Source: a bacterium
GTDB lineage: Bacteria > Zixibacteria > MSB-5A5 > GN15 > FEB-12
Assembly (NCBI GenBank): GCA_043811375.1
Contig: JBDRNJ010000009.1
Coordinates: 32,001 to 96,000, forward strand
Reading direction: 5' to 3'
Length of the DNA: 64,000 bases
Program-made: the position numbers and the translations under genes
The notes under the pieces: model-generated
The model's database searches: none
Seen by the model: the letters and a program-made list of their open reading frames with translations, nothing else
What the model was told of the DNA's origin: nothing
In this document: piece after piece, positions 1 to 10,619 of the stretch
Position numbering within the stretch: position 1 is the first letter of the stretch
Layout: every line of letters starts with the position of its first letter

Positions 1-1906
1 GCTCCTCGTGACCTTTGTCGGCCTCCGGGTGAAACTCTACCTGACCACCTAACTGTTCGAGTCGAGTCACCAGCGTTTCAGTAATCTTGTATGGCGCATT
101 TCGGTCCCTCTCGCCATGAAAGACAAACATAGGTATATTGTAAAACAGGGTCAGCAGGTCAGGATGCGTAAAGTCAGGATAGTCGTTCCCCGGATACCAA
201 TCGTTGGCAAGATTGGGATGACCACTGAAAACAGCAAGTCCCCTGAACTTCTCAGGTGTTTCGTAAAATGTCCTGTAAACTCCGTAACCTCCCATTGAGA
301 AACCGCAGAGAAGAATACCGGCCGTGTCAATCGGATATACTGTGATTACCGCGTTGATCGCCTCGGCAATATCCTCCTGGGCATGATCGAAGGTGAAGCA
401 GTTGGAGGTTCCGCGCCCCCGTGGAGCCAGACCAATAAAACCTTCCGGAATCATCTTTACCACTCCGCGATCTCTAAGACTGTATTCTGTCGAGGCGCTT
501 CCGTGCAGATACACAAAAAGCGGGTATGTCTGCCCCGGATCATAATCATCCGGAACCCAGACCATATATGGCTGCAATGTACTGTCGATCTCGGATCGAT
601 ACGCTCTGCGAACAAAACCTGTCTGTCCCGAGTAAGGGTCCCTGCCCGCCAGAGACTCCTCGATCTGGCGCTCCAGACGGGTCAATCGAATCCGTTGCCG
701 GACGCAAGTTTCATAGGACCTCGCCGAATCAATCTGATCTGCCACTTCATCGAGCTTAAACATGAGTGTTGATACGGTGCTTGAGGATATTTGCGCAGAT
801 GCCCCGGTCAGCCTGGAACGAATTGCATCATAATCTGTTGGTGGGAGGATAGATAGTCCTGTCTCGCCTTCAGATTCATCGGGGCCGTGCTGCCATTTGA
901 CTCTATAGCCGCCTGAGGACAGCGGCGCGGTATTTACGTTAAACGAGTGTTGGCTGAACCCTGGCTTAGTAGCGTAGGTGGTCTTCTCATAAACGACCGC
1001 ATCGCCTTCACCGGCAAGTACCAGTACAGTGAGTGAGTCCTCTCCGTCAGCGTTTGCCACAGTCACGGACGTCACGCCTATGCTGTCGCCTTCGAATATG
1101 TGTCCTTGATCAGCTTGAACAAATGTTTGAAACTCACCAGTGACGGTAGGCTGCTCAAACTGCAGCAGCGCATAATGCCGGGGGTGTCGTTCACATCCGA
1201 TACATTCATCATACACAACGTCGTATGTTATGCGCCCTTCCGTCTTGATTGCTTTGACAAAACGTAAATTGAATCCGATACCATCGGAAATCCAGGGATG
1301 GTACGGATGAACATCTCGCCACGGCAGAAGCAATTCGAAGCTGACCACGCCATCCCCATCGTGGAATTCCAGTTCGGTATCCTCGCTTGTGCGAACAAAG
1401 ATATTATTTACGTTGTAGTACCAAAAGATCCGCCGCGATCACTCCATTCGCGGTTTGTCGACCGCAGAACAGGCCAGAACATAAAACTCATCGGTCGGTT
1501 CATTGTCGGGACGGGGCATCGCCAAAACCATGTGAAACCCGTCCCCCATCTGATATGCTCGATCCCGGTAGATTAGACTATCAGCCTCTGCTTCTATAAA
1601 AACGTAGAGGAAATTAGTGCCGTAAGCCATACGATAATTGACTTCCGGGGTGGGTCCATCATATTCCTGTTTAGTCACACGGGTAAACGTTCGGATCGAC
1701 AAATTGGACAGGTGGTTATCCAGGACTCCGTCAATAATCGGAGCGTGTTCGAGAAATTGCACATAATCGCTGATTATCTCCGGAGAATCGGCCGTTAAAG
1801 CCGTATCGGGAGAACCCTCATCGCACGCTGCCGTTTGCCGGGCAGTCACGCAAAGGCATACTACGAACAGAATCAATTGCACTCCGGAGCTAAACGATCT
1901 GGTCAT
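1..1906 (-). pseudogene. Secreted CBM9/DOMON-like + alpha/beta-hydrolase (esterase) gene interrupted by one in-frame TGA at 1439-1441; runs off the window start
   Basis: ORF 1439..1906 has a signal peptide and a PIIDGVLD...FLYVFIE CBM9-like motif. The same frame stays open from 1438 to base 2 and encodes YLHGS, GFSMGG (287-304), VFHGERD and KGH, a Ser-Asp-His triad pattern. Confidence 0.7.
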
Positions 1907-2193
1907 GGAAACCTCTTGATATTCTGGTCAATCAACTTTTCATACGTACAGTTTGATGAGATATGAGTAGCTTGTCCATAAAAAAAAGTGCCCGTGCAAC
2001 GCATTCTTCTGCTGATAGCGCTGGTGACTGCCCGGCCACTGTCACTTTGTTACCGGCAGCACCGAGGCCTTAGCCCGGTTGAAACAGGCCAAAGCCCACT
2101 ACCTGTTCAGTTCTTGAACAAGGTGTCGATAGTAACCAATAGATGGAATATCGGTACTTTCAACATCGGAAGAACTAATCAAAGGGTTTCAAT

Positions 2194-3468
2194 ATGGAAA
2201 CTACGGGACATTGTGAAGCTGCCAGCGACTACTACGATGATGTGTTCAATTCGGGGGTGTACAACCAGGCTGCGCGCGCACCGCTTTACCGCCGGATATT
2301 TTCGATAATCAACAAATACGACTCCCCGCGGGTGCTCGAAATCGGCTGCGGCACCGGCGATCTCGGCAAGTTGTTGGTCGATGCGCGAATTCCATACCGT
2401 GGATTTGACTTCAGCAAGGAGGGACTTCGCATCAGCCGGAACCTTTGTCCCGAGGGTGACTTCCGGTTCGGCCAGGCATACGATCCGGCCATGTACCAAC
2501 CAGTTGACTACAATGTTGTCGTGGCGCTGGAAGTCCTGGAGCATGTTGACGATTTGAGATTGCTCGGCAATATCCCTCCCGGTGTGCGGTTTGTTGCGTC
2601 AGTGCCGGATTACGATGATGAATCACATCTGCGATTGTATACCGATCCTCAAAAAGACATTATCGAACACTTCGCCGAAAACCTGGAGATATCTGAAGTT
2701 GGTGTCATGACCGGGAAAGACGAAAAAACCGGCCGACAGACGCGCATCTTTTTCTTTGAAGGTGTCAGACGCCCCGCCACCAGTGTCCCACAGCCACCGA
2801 CCGGCCACGAAGTGAGCGAGGACAGACCGAAAACAAGCTCTACAACGTCTGTCAATGGCCCGCTGACGTCACGCAAGCTTCATTTGGGATGCGGGCGCAC
2901 GATCCTTGATGGATGGGTCAATCTCGACTGCACTGAGCTTCCTGGTGTCAACATAATAGCCGATCTGGACGACTGTGCCGAGACTCCTCTGCCTTTTGAT
3001 GATGATTGCTTCGAGGAGTTCCTGGCCAGTCATTTGATAGAGCACATCGCCAACCCCCTGCCCCTGATGCAGGAACTGCATCGAATCGCCCGCAATAACG
3101 CCAAAGCGGTTTTCCGGCTGCCATACGGCTCCACTGACAGCGCCTTCGAAGATCCCACCCATGTACGGCCATATTTTATCCATTCCTTCGGTTATTTCTC
3201 ACAACCGTACTATTGGCGCGCCGACTACCAATACCGCGGCGATTGGGCTGTTGAAAAGATCACCCTGGCCGTCGATCGGGGGCGATACGAGGGCAAGAAG
3301 GTATCTGAGATCGCCTTGGATATTGAGCGCTATCGAAATGTCGTCCAAGAAATGATTGTCGAGCTTCGCGCCGTCAAACCGATCCGACCACCCCGGCGCG
3401 ATCTGATCGTTGAGCCGAAAATCGAACTGGCTTTTGCGGTTCCGGCGCCGACGGTTTCGCCATCGTAA
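2194..3468 (+). CDS. Protein with two tandem class I SAM-dependent methyltransferase domains
   Basis: Motif I VLEIGCGTG and EVLEHV in domain 1; KLHLGCG and SHLIEHI...DPTH in domain 2; Pro/Thr/Ser-rich linker. Confidence 0.85.
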   Translation: METTGHCEAASDYYDDVFNSGVYNQAARAPLYRRIFSIINKYDSPRVLEIGCGTGDLGKLLVDARIPYRGFDFSKEGLRISRNLCPEGDFRFGQAYDPAMYQPVDYNVVVALEVLEHVDDLRLLGNIPPGVRFVASVPDYDDESHLRLYTDPQKDIIEHFAENLEISEVGVMTGKDEKTGRQTRIFFFEGVRRPATSVPQPPTGHEVSEDRPKTSSTTSVNGPLTSRKLHLGCGRTILDGWVNLDCTELPGVNIIADLDDCAETPLPFDDDCFEEFLASHLIEHIANPLPLMQELHRIARNNAKAVFRLPYGSTDSAFEDPTHVRPYFIHSFGYFSQPYYWRADYQYRGDWAVEKITLAVDRGRYEGKKVSEIALDIERYRNVVQEMIVELRAVKPIRPPRRDLIVEPKIELAFAVPAPTVSPS

Positions 3469-3591
3469 TGAAAGCCCGGACGCGGTTTATCTGATGGCAT
3501 GGCTCTTTTATTAATCTCACTTTCTCGGTTTCATAGTTCGTTCTTTATATTCGTTTTCTTTAGAGTAATTCTCGAAATAACTTCCGATATA

Positions 3592-3665
3592 GTGGCTGGT
3601 GTACCTCCCGGTGCACCAGCATCTGACCGCGCTAATACTGGCGCACGGGGACGTACGCCAGTCAC
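3592..3665. repeat. REPIN-like pair of inverted 29-nt REP-like hairpin units
   Basis: Units 3592-3620 and 3637-3665 are each imperfect palindromes and are inverted copies of each other. A related unit lies at 63883-63911. Confidence 0.65.
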
Positions 3666-3865
3666 AAAGCATAGAGAGCAAACGGAACATTTTTATGGGA
3701 ATCACTCTATTCGAGTGTACGTATCGCCCAATCAGCGGCAATCAAGTCGATATTGGCGTTTTCCTCCCTGATCGGGCAGTCAGTAGTTAACGGAACACAA
3801 AACATCCTGCTGTATATAAGAATCTGATGGTCTCTGCCAACGGGCGCGACAATCCGGTGCGTCGC

Positions 3866-3894
3866 TTGACAGTAGAACCGTCAATTAGTATAAT
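3866..3894 (+). promoter_or_regulatory. Consensus sigma70 promoter for the ABC operon
   Basis: TTGACA (3866-3871), 17-nt spacer, TATAAT (3889-3894). Confidence 0.8.
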
Positions 3895-3974
3895 TGCAAT
3901 TCTCGATTTCGTCTGAAGGAACGGAATTGAACTATATAAATGATGAAGATATCTAATCCAAAGCTGAGGTATAA

Positions 3975-4745
3975 ATGTTGGCAGAAAACTCGAACATGAC
4001 CATGATTGAAGCCCATGGGCTGACCAAGTATTTCGGATCCTTTGTGGCCATCAAGGACATCTCGTTTAGTATCCCGAAAGGCCGGATTGTCGCATTTCTG
4101 GGACCCAACGGAGCAGGTAAATCGACCACCATGAAGATTCTGGCCGGTTTTCTGGCAGCCAGCGAAGGTACCGCGGCCATAGCCGGCCACGACATTCGCA
4201 GCCAGCGACTTCAGGCAGCACAACATCTTGGTTATCTGCCGGAGGACGGTCCCCTCTATGACGATTTAACTCCGGTCGAACTGCTTCGGTTTTTCGGTGA
4301 AGCACGGGGACTGCACGGAGCCGAACTGTCTCAACGGCTGGAGGCGGTTGATGGTTTGTGTGCCCTGCGTAATGTTTGGGAGAAGCCGATCGGCAAGCTC
4401 TCGCGCGGTTATCGGCAGCGGGTTGGTCTGGCTCAGGCGCTGTTGCACGACCCGGATATCTTAATCATGGATGAACCGACAGCCGGTCTGGACCCCAACC
4501 AGATCCGGGATTTCCGTACCAACATCAGGGAGTTGGGCAAATCCAAAACGATCCTGATCTCCACTCACATTCTCCAGGAAGTCGAGGCGGTAGCTCAGCG
4601 CGTGCTGCTGGTACACGAAGGACGGCTTCTCTTTGACGGCCCTCCGGAAGAACTGAGGACAGACGGCTCACTGGAGCAGACGTTTTATCGAATGACGGGA
4701 CATACTCCTGCCGGGACCGCCGAGCCCGAGGGAGGTGCGGTATGA
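3975..4745 (+). CDS. ABC transporter ATP-binding protein (GldA-like)
   Basis: Walker [10 protein letters not shown], signature LSRGYRQRV, Walker B ILIMDEPT. Confidence 0.93.
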   Translation: MLAENSNMTMIEAHGLTKYFGSFVAIKDISFSIPKGRIVAFLGPNGAGKSTTMKILAGFLAASEGTAAIAGHDIRSQRLQAAQHLGYLPEDGPLYDDLTPVELLRFFGEARGLHGAELSQRLEAVDGLCALRNVWEKPIGKLSRGYRQRVGLAQALLHDPDILIMDEPTAGLDPNQIRDFRTNIRELGKSKTILISTHILQEVEAVAQRVLLVHEGRLLFDGPPEELRTDGSLEQTFYRMTGHTPAGTAEPEGGAV

Positions 4746-7426
4746 AACTCAACACCAACCTTGTCTGGGTTATCTGCAAACGTGACTGGCGCACGTATTT
4801 CAACAGCCCTACCGGCTACGTATTTGTCACACTGTTTATTTTTCTCAGTGCCGCAGCAGCTTTCTGGCAGGAACGGTTTTTTGCCAACAACCTGGCCAAT
4901 CTCGACCAGCTTAACGGCTTCCTGCCGTACCTGCTTCTGTTTTTCATCCCGGCCCTGACAATGAGCATCTGGGCTGAAGAACGGCGTCGCGGTACCGACG
5001 AGTTGCTCTTGACTCTGCCTGCCACCGACCTGGAAATCGTACTGGGAAAATACCTGGCAGTGCTTGGTATCTACACCGCTTCTTTGGTTCTTTCGGTCAG
5101 TCACGTGCTGGTGCTGTTCTGGCTGGGCAGTCCGGATATCGGATTGATGTTCGCCAATTACCTCGGCTACTGGCTGCTGGGGATGGCTTTGCTGACAGTG
5201 GGTATGCTGGCCTCGTTACTGACGGCCAATTCCACGATCGGATTTATTCTGGGAGCTTTGTTCTGCTCTCTGTTTATCTTTATTGATTCGGCTACGCTGG
5301 TTGTCAGTGGTTCGCTGCAGGCGGTGCTGGCGCCACTCGCTGTTTCTGACCATTTTGCCGACTTCGCCCGTGGTGTGATCAGCTTCTCCGGGTTGCTTTA
5401 CTTTCTCTCGGTAGCAGCGGTAATGCTGTATCTGAACGTTGTCATAATCGGCCGTCGGCACTGGCCGCTTCAGGCCGGCGGTTACCGTTTCTGGGTGCAT
5501 CACGTGGTACGGGCAACAACGCTGGTGGTGGCCTTAATCAGCCTCAATTCGCTCCTGGGCCGACCCGGTCTGCGCCTCGATGTCACGGCTGAGCAACTGC
5601 ACTCGCTGTCGGCTGAGACGGAGCGCATATTGGATGAACTGCCCGACAATCGTCCGGTCTTGATCCAGGCTTTCGTCAGCCCGGAGGTCCCCCGAGGTTA
5701 TGTCGAGACCCGGTCTGATTTGCTGGGCAAATTGCGGGAAATATCAGCGGTCGCCGGCGACAAAGTCCAGGTGCTGATACACGACACCGAGCCGTTTACG
5801 CCGGAAGCCCGCGATGCCCGTGAGAAATTCAGCATCACCCCCCGGCAGATCATGACCACTGAGAGTGCCCGATCCAGTGCCTCCAGCGTCTTCATGGGGG
5901 TCGCTTTTACCAGCGGCGCCGCCGAGGAAGTGGTGCCCTTCTTTGATCGTGGTTTGCCGGTTGAGTACGAATTGGTGCGCAGCATTCGCGTGGCGGCTAA
6001 AACCAGCCGCAAGAAAATCGGCGTACTGGGTACGGCGGCCAAGCTGTTCGGTGGATTTGACTTCAACACCATGGGCTCGACTCCACCCTGGCGCGTGGTG
6101 CAGGAATTGAAAAAACAATATGAGGTAGTGTCGATCACCGCCGGTGACTCCATTACCGGGGAGATGGACGGCCTTCTGGTAGTACTACCTTCATCGCTGT
6201 CCCAGGATGAGATGGACCGCGTGAAGGCATATATGCTGGCCGGTCATCCGACCCTGCTGCTGATCGACCCCCTGCCGGCCTTTAACATCGCCCTCTCCCC
6301 TCTTATTCCTGTCGAGGCTCAGCGCAATCCCTTCATGCAAAACCAGGGTCCGCCACCTCAACCGAAAGGAAACATCAACCGGCTGCTTTCGGATATCGGG
6401 ATGAATTTCAACCCGTCGCAAGTGACCTGGGATAATCATAATCCCCACCCTGACCTGGCCCAACTCCCACCTGAAATCATCTTTGTCGCCGACGGCAACG
6501 AGAGCACTGAGGCTTTTAATGAGATGCATGCCGCCAGCGCCGGTTTGCAGGAACTGGTCATGCTCTATCCGGGATATATATTCAAATCCGTCAACACCGA
6601 CTTTGAATTTCAGCCGCTGCTGCGGACGGGGCGCATCTCAGGATTGTTGCCGTTTCAACAACTGGTGCGCCGCGGATTTATGGGTATGGGTTTCAGCCTT
6701 AACCGCAATGTGCGCCGGGTGCCCTCCGGCGAAACCTATATTGTCGCGGCTCGTGTGTTCGGGACCACCCGTAGCGACACCACTCTGGCGGAGACCCTTC
6801 CTCCCGGGAGCGTCAACGCCGTCGTGATTGCGGACGTCGATTTCATCGGTGAGCAGTTCTTCCAGATTCGGGAACAGGGTATCGAGAATCTTAATTTCGA
6901 CAACATCACTTTCTTCCTGAACTGTATGGATATGCTGGCGGGAGACACGTCCTTTATATCTCTGCGCAAGAAACGGGTCAGGCATCGCACGCTGGAGACA
7001 GTGGAAGCAAAGACTCAGCAGTTTGTGCAGCAGCGCATCGAGGAAGAACAACAGGCCGAAGCCGACGCCCAGCAGGCGCTGACCGAAGCTCAGCAGCGAC
7101 TTAATGAAAAAGTCGATGAGGTACGCAATCGCCCCGATCTGGACGAACAAACCAAGCAGATTATGGCCCGGAACCTGCAGGAAGTTGAGAACCGTCGTTT
7201 TGAAGTTCTCAAGTCAGGTATCGAGGCGAAAAAGGAAGCCACCGTTGCCCACAGCAAAGAAAATATGGAGTCCGCCGTCAGAAGCATCCAGTCCAGGATC
7301 AAGACAATGGCGGTGTTGTTGCCGCCCATTCCGGTCTTTACCATCGGTGTCTGGATCTTCGTGCAACGACGTCAGCGAGAACGGGAGGGTGCTGCTGCCT
7401 CCAGAAGATTGAGGAACTCAAAATGA
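4742..7426 (+). CDS. Fused ABC-2 permease (GldF-like) + GldG-like auxiliary domain
   Basis: N-terminal multi-TM region with [28 protein letters not shown]ldG-type motif; C-terminal coiled coil and TM helix; ATGA overlap with the ATPase gene. Confidence 0.88.
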   Translation: MKLNTNLVWVICKRDWRTYFNSPTGYVFVTLFIFLSAAAAFWQERFFANNLANLDQLNGFLPYLLLFFIPALTMSIWAEERRRGTDELLLTLPATDLEIVLGKYLAVLGIYTASLVLSVSHVLVLFWLGSPDIGLMFANYLGYWLLGMALLTVGMLASLLTANSTIGFILGALFCSLFIFIDSATLVVSGSLQAVLAPLAVSDHFADFARGVISFSGLLYFLSVAAVMLYLNVVIIGRRHWPLQAGGYRFWVHHVVRATTLVVALISLNSLLGRPGLRLDVTAEQLHSLSAETERILDELPDNRPVLIQAFVSPEVPRGYVETRSDLLGKLREISAVAGDKVQVLIHDTEPFTPEARDAREKFSITPRQIMTTESARSSASSVFMGVAFTSGAAEEVVPFFDRGLPVEYELVRSIRVAAKTSRKKIGVLGTAAKLFGGFDFNTMGSTPPWRVVQELKKQYEVVSITAGDSITGEMDGLLVVLPSSLSQDEMDRVKAYMLAGHPTLLLIDPLPAFNIALSPLIPVEAQRNPFMQNQGPPPQPKGNINRLLSDIGMNFNPSQVTWDNHNPHPDLAQLPPEIIFVADGNESTEAFNEMHAASAGLQELVMLYPGYIFKSVNTDFEFQPLLRTGRISGLLPFQQLVRRGFMGMGFSLNRNVRRVPSGETYIVAARVFGTTRSDTTLAETLPPGSVNAVVIADVDFIGEQFFQIREQGIENLNFDNITFFLNCMDMLAGDTSFISLRKKRVRHRTLETVEAKTQQFVQQRIEEEQQAEADAQQALTEAQQRLNEKVDEVRNRPDLDEQTKQIMARNLQEVENRRFEVLKSGIEAKKEATVAHSKENMESAVRSIQSRIKTMAVLLPPIPVFTIGVWIFVQRRQREREGAAASRRLRNSK

Positions 7427-8799
7427 ACGAAACCAGGAGAACGCTCGCTTTTGCAGGTACTGCGGTAGTCCTGGCGGCACTAGCACTGATTTTCGCCCCT
7501 CACCGGATTACACCGGGCACCTTCCTTGATCAGGGAGAACCGTTTTTCCCCGACTTCACCGATCCTAACGAAGCGGTGACGCTGGAAGTGATCGACTTCG
7601 ATGAAGCCACCGGAGCGGCGCGGCCGTTCAAAGTTACTTTCAAGGACGGTCGCTGGACTATCCCGTCCCATCACGATTATCCGGCCGACGGCAAGGATCG
7701 ACTGGCCCGGACAGCAGCCGGTGTGATCGACATTTGCAAAGACGATTTCCGCACGGACAACATCTCCGATCACGAGATGTGCGGAGTGATTGATCCCCTT
7801 GATGAAACCGCGGCGCTGTCCGGTCGCGGACAACGGGTGACTATAAAAGGAACCAACGATGCCGTTCTGGCCGATTTCATTATTGGTCACCAGGTACCGG
7901 AGCGCGCCGGATTCAGATTCGTGCGAGTGCCGCAGCAGAATCGGGTCTATGTGGCTCGGTTGGAAGTGGACATTTCCACGGAATTCAGCGACTGGATCGA
8001 AGCCGACCTGCTGCAGGTGGACAAGAACAAGATTGATCGCGTGAACCTGCAGGATTACTCCATAAACGAGCGTACTCAGTCTGTCGACCAGCGTGACAAT
8101 CTGATGCTCACCCGTCAGGACGGAACCTGGAAAGCCGACAGGATGAAATCGACTCAGCAAGTTGATTCGACCAGGATGCAGGATTTGCTGACAGCACTGG
8201 ATGAGTTGAATATTGTCGGCGTTCGTCCCAAACCGACCGGGTTATCGGCCGGGCTGAAAGAAAACCCGGGTGAGCAGAAGGTTTCTCAGGACGAAGTCAG
8301 GTCGCTTCAGAGCAAGGGATTCTACTTCTCTCGCGACGGCCGGCTTCTTTCCAACGAGGGTGAGACCCAGGCTCAGACAACCGATGGAGCCAACTACACA
8401 CTCCGCTTCGGCGAAGTGGTTTACGGATCGGGCCTGGCGGTCACCGCCGGAGGCAATGCGGATACGGATCAACAGGAAAGTTCCGCCGCCCAGAATCGCT
8501 ACATGTTTATCACCACCGACTTCGATGCCGCGACTTTTCCGGAACCGAAAAAACCCACTGACACCGAATATCTCAAGAAAGCCGACAGCATCTGGACCGA
8601 TGAAGATCGCAACAACAAGAGCCTGCAGAACGCACATGGACTCTGGCAGCGTAACGTCGAGAAAGGCCGCCGGCTCAGCAGTGAGCTGAACGCTCGCTTT
8701 GCCGACTGGTACTACGTCATATCTGCCGAAAGTTTTGAGCAACTGCGGCTCACGCGCCAGGACCTGGTCGTAAAAAAGGAAGTGGCCAGCGACAATTGA
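7423..8799 (+). CDS. DUF4340-domain protein
   Basis: N-terminal membrane anchor, W...YPAD motif, usual position after gldA/F/G-like genes, ATGA overlap. Confidence 0.75.
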   Translation: MNETRRTLAFAGTAVVLAALALIFAPHRITPGTFLDQGEPFFPDFTDPNEAVTLEVIDFDEATGAARPFKVTFKDGRWTIPSHHDYPADGKDRLARTAAGVIDICKDDFRTDNISDHEMCGVIDPLDETAALSGRGQRVTIKGTNDAVLADFIIGHQVPERAGFRFVRVPQQNRVYVARLEVDISTEFSDWIEADLLQVDKNKIDRVNLQDYSINERTQSVDQRDNLMLTRQDGTWKADRMKSTQQVDSTRMQDLLTALDELNIVGVRPKPTGLSAGLKENPGEQKVSQDEVRSLQSKGFYFSRDGRLLSNEGETQAQTTDGANYTLRFGEVVYGSGLAVTAGGNADTDQQESSAAQNRYMFITTDFDAATFPEPKKPTDTEYLKKADSIWTDEDRNNKSLQNAHGLWQRNVEKGRRLSSELNARFADWYYVISAESFEQLRLTRQDLVVKKEVASDN

Positions 8800-8824
8800 G
8801 ACCGGACCGGCCGGCGCCTTTCGA

Positions 8825-8852
8825 TTGACAGATCAGCCATATCGGGTATATT
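8825..8852 (+). promoter_or_regulatory. Putative sigma70 promoter
   Basis: TTGACA-16 nt-TATATT upstream of the 8896 start. Confidence 0.5.
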
Positions 8853-8895
8853 GAACTATATACTCTGAGATATCTTATGGCAGGATAACTGAACG

Positions 8896-9714
8896 ATGAT
8901 CCACTGGGTATTAACGATCTTGGTAACTACCGGTCTGGTAACGTCAAGCGTAGCTGCCGACCGGGACCAGACGGACCCCTCGTGTGACACCACCGGCTAT
9001 TACCAGGCGGCACTGACGACCTGGTCGGTTCCCGATATCTATGGCGCACGAGCGATGGCACAGAAGGTTGATCTGCCTCTGTCAACAGCCGGAGTGCGGA
9101 TTCTCGACATATCCTGGTATTTGTACCACAATGGTGATTCATTGATCTACACCACTAACTCGAAAGTGACTATCTACACCGACAATGACGGTGTGCCGGG
9201 AGATGAAGTAGCTTCGGTGGTCGTGAGTCCGACGGACTATGTTTTCTATCCGCAGCCGATAGTGGTCCGCTTCGACACGATGGATGTAACGATTTTTTAT
9301 AGCGACTTCTGGGTGGCAATCGAACCCGATTCTACAGCTACACCGGCGACGGGTATCCGTGTTATCACCGATCAAGGTGGCTGTGGTTATGACCGCTGCG
9401 GCGGTCAATGGCGTAACGACGGCTGGGAAATCATCTGCGATATCTGGGGTGGGCCGTGCGATCTGGCCTTTGTGGTAGATATTGGGCACTGCTGGATGGT
9501 TGGTGGGTACTGGTGCGGTGATATCGACACCAACTGGCAACCCACCGACGTTGGCGACCTGACCTACCTGGTGGCCTACCTGTTCCAGGGCGGACCGCCG
9601 CCGGTTCGGCTGGAGGTAGCCGATGTTGACGGTATCGGCGGGATTGATGTCGGCGACCTGACCTACCTGGTGGCCTACCTGTTTCAGGGTGGTCCCTCGC
9701 CCCAATGCTGGTAG
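8896..9714 (+). CDS. Secreted protein with C-terminal dockerin type I-like domain
   Basis: Signal peptide; duplicated Ca-loop/helix repeats GDIDTNWQPTDVGDLTYLVAYLF and ADVDGIGGIDVGDLTYLVAYLF. Confidence 0.82.
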   Translation: MIHWVLTILVTTGLVTSSVAADRDQTDPSCDTTGYYQAALTTWSVPDIYGARAMAQKVDLPLSTAGVRILDISWYLYHNGDSLIYTTNSKVTIYTDNDGVPGDEVASVVVSPTDYVFYPQPIVVRFDTMDVTIFYSDFWVAIEPDSTATPATGIRVITDQGGCGYDRCGGQWRNDGWEIICDIWGGPCDLAFVVDIGHCWMVGGYWCGDIDTNWQPTDVGDLTYLVAYLFQGGPPPVRLEVADVDGIGGIDVGDLTYLVAYLFQGGPSPQCW

Positions 9715-9833
9715 CGCGCTACCTTCCCCGAGTATCGAAATCGGAGTTTCGGAAAGGGTCCGGTCAATCACGGGTTCTTGATTTTCACTTCGATTTGACG
9801 TATCTTGCTTTTTCAGTGGATTGTCGGTGACCT

Positions 9834-10373
9834 ATGGAGAAACTCTTTCGACAACTTATAGAAGAACTGGGCGAAGACATACACCGCCAGGGCCTTCAGG
9901 AAACACCCCAGCGGGCTGCTGAGGCGCTGCGCTTTCTGACCCAGGGATACCGGCAGGACCTTGACGCCATCGTCAAAGACGGCCTGTTCGATACCGACAC
10001 CACCGAGATGATCGTCGTCAAGGATATTGAATTGTACTCCCTCTGCGAGCATCACCTGCTCCCCTTCTTCGGTAAATGCCAGGTGGGGTATCTTCCGGAT
10101 GGGAAAGTCATGGGTCTGTCGAAAGTGGCCCGTATCGTGGATGTCTTCGCGCGGCGGCTACAAATCCAGGAGCGACTGACAAGGCAGGTAGCCGACACGA
10201 TTGTCAAGTATACGGGAGCTGCCGGCGTAGGTGTCATTATCGAAGCACAGCATCTGTGTATGACCATGCGGGGTGTCAGGAAGCAGAACTCGCTGATGAC
10301 GACCTCCTGTATGCTGGGACAGTTTCACGGCGACCCGGCCGCCCGTTCGGAGTTTCTGAGCCTGGTTAAGTAG
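9834..10373 (+). CDS. folE: GTP cyclohydrolase I
   Basis: [32 protein letters not shown] and HLCMTMRGV motifs. Confidence 0.97.
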   Translation: MEKLFRQLIEELGEDIHRQGLQETPQRAAEALRFLTQGYRQDLDAIVKDGLFDTDTTEMIVVKDIELYSLCEHHLLPFFGKCQVGYLPDGKVMGLSKVARIVDVFARRLQIQERLTRQVADTIVKYTGAAGVGVIIEAQHLCMTMRGVRKQNSLMTTSCMLGQFHGDPAARSEFLSLVK

Positions 10374-10619
10374 ACCACTGCTGTTTTAGAGACTGTTTAT
10401 GGAATTGACAAATCCCGGTTATTTTGTATTTTGTATTTAACAGCAAACGTACTCATCACGTCTATATGCCGAATTTGCAGCCACAGAGAGATCGCCACGA
10501 CGCCGGGAACGAAACGTCGCGGGTAGCAATAAAATCAGCCGGGACACGCTGAAGAAGAGGGTGACGACGAGTACATGAAAAGCTGTATGGTTCAAACTCA
10601 CTCAGGTTGGGAGGTTACC

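Noticed and set aside
3499..3790. Short overlapping ORFs of 63-90 aa
   Set aside because: They overlap the REPIN-like repeat, lack motifs and conflict with one another.
10440..10575. Long leader of the large dockerin protein with short pairings (GTACTC/GAGTAC, CGACG/CGTCG), as a possible riboswitch
   Set aside because: The stems are short and I could not match any known aptamer consensus; an Rfam scan would be needed.
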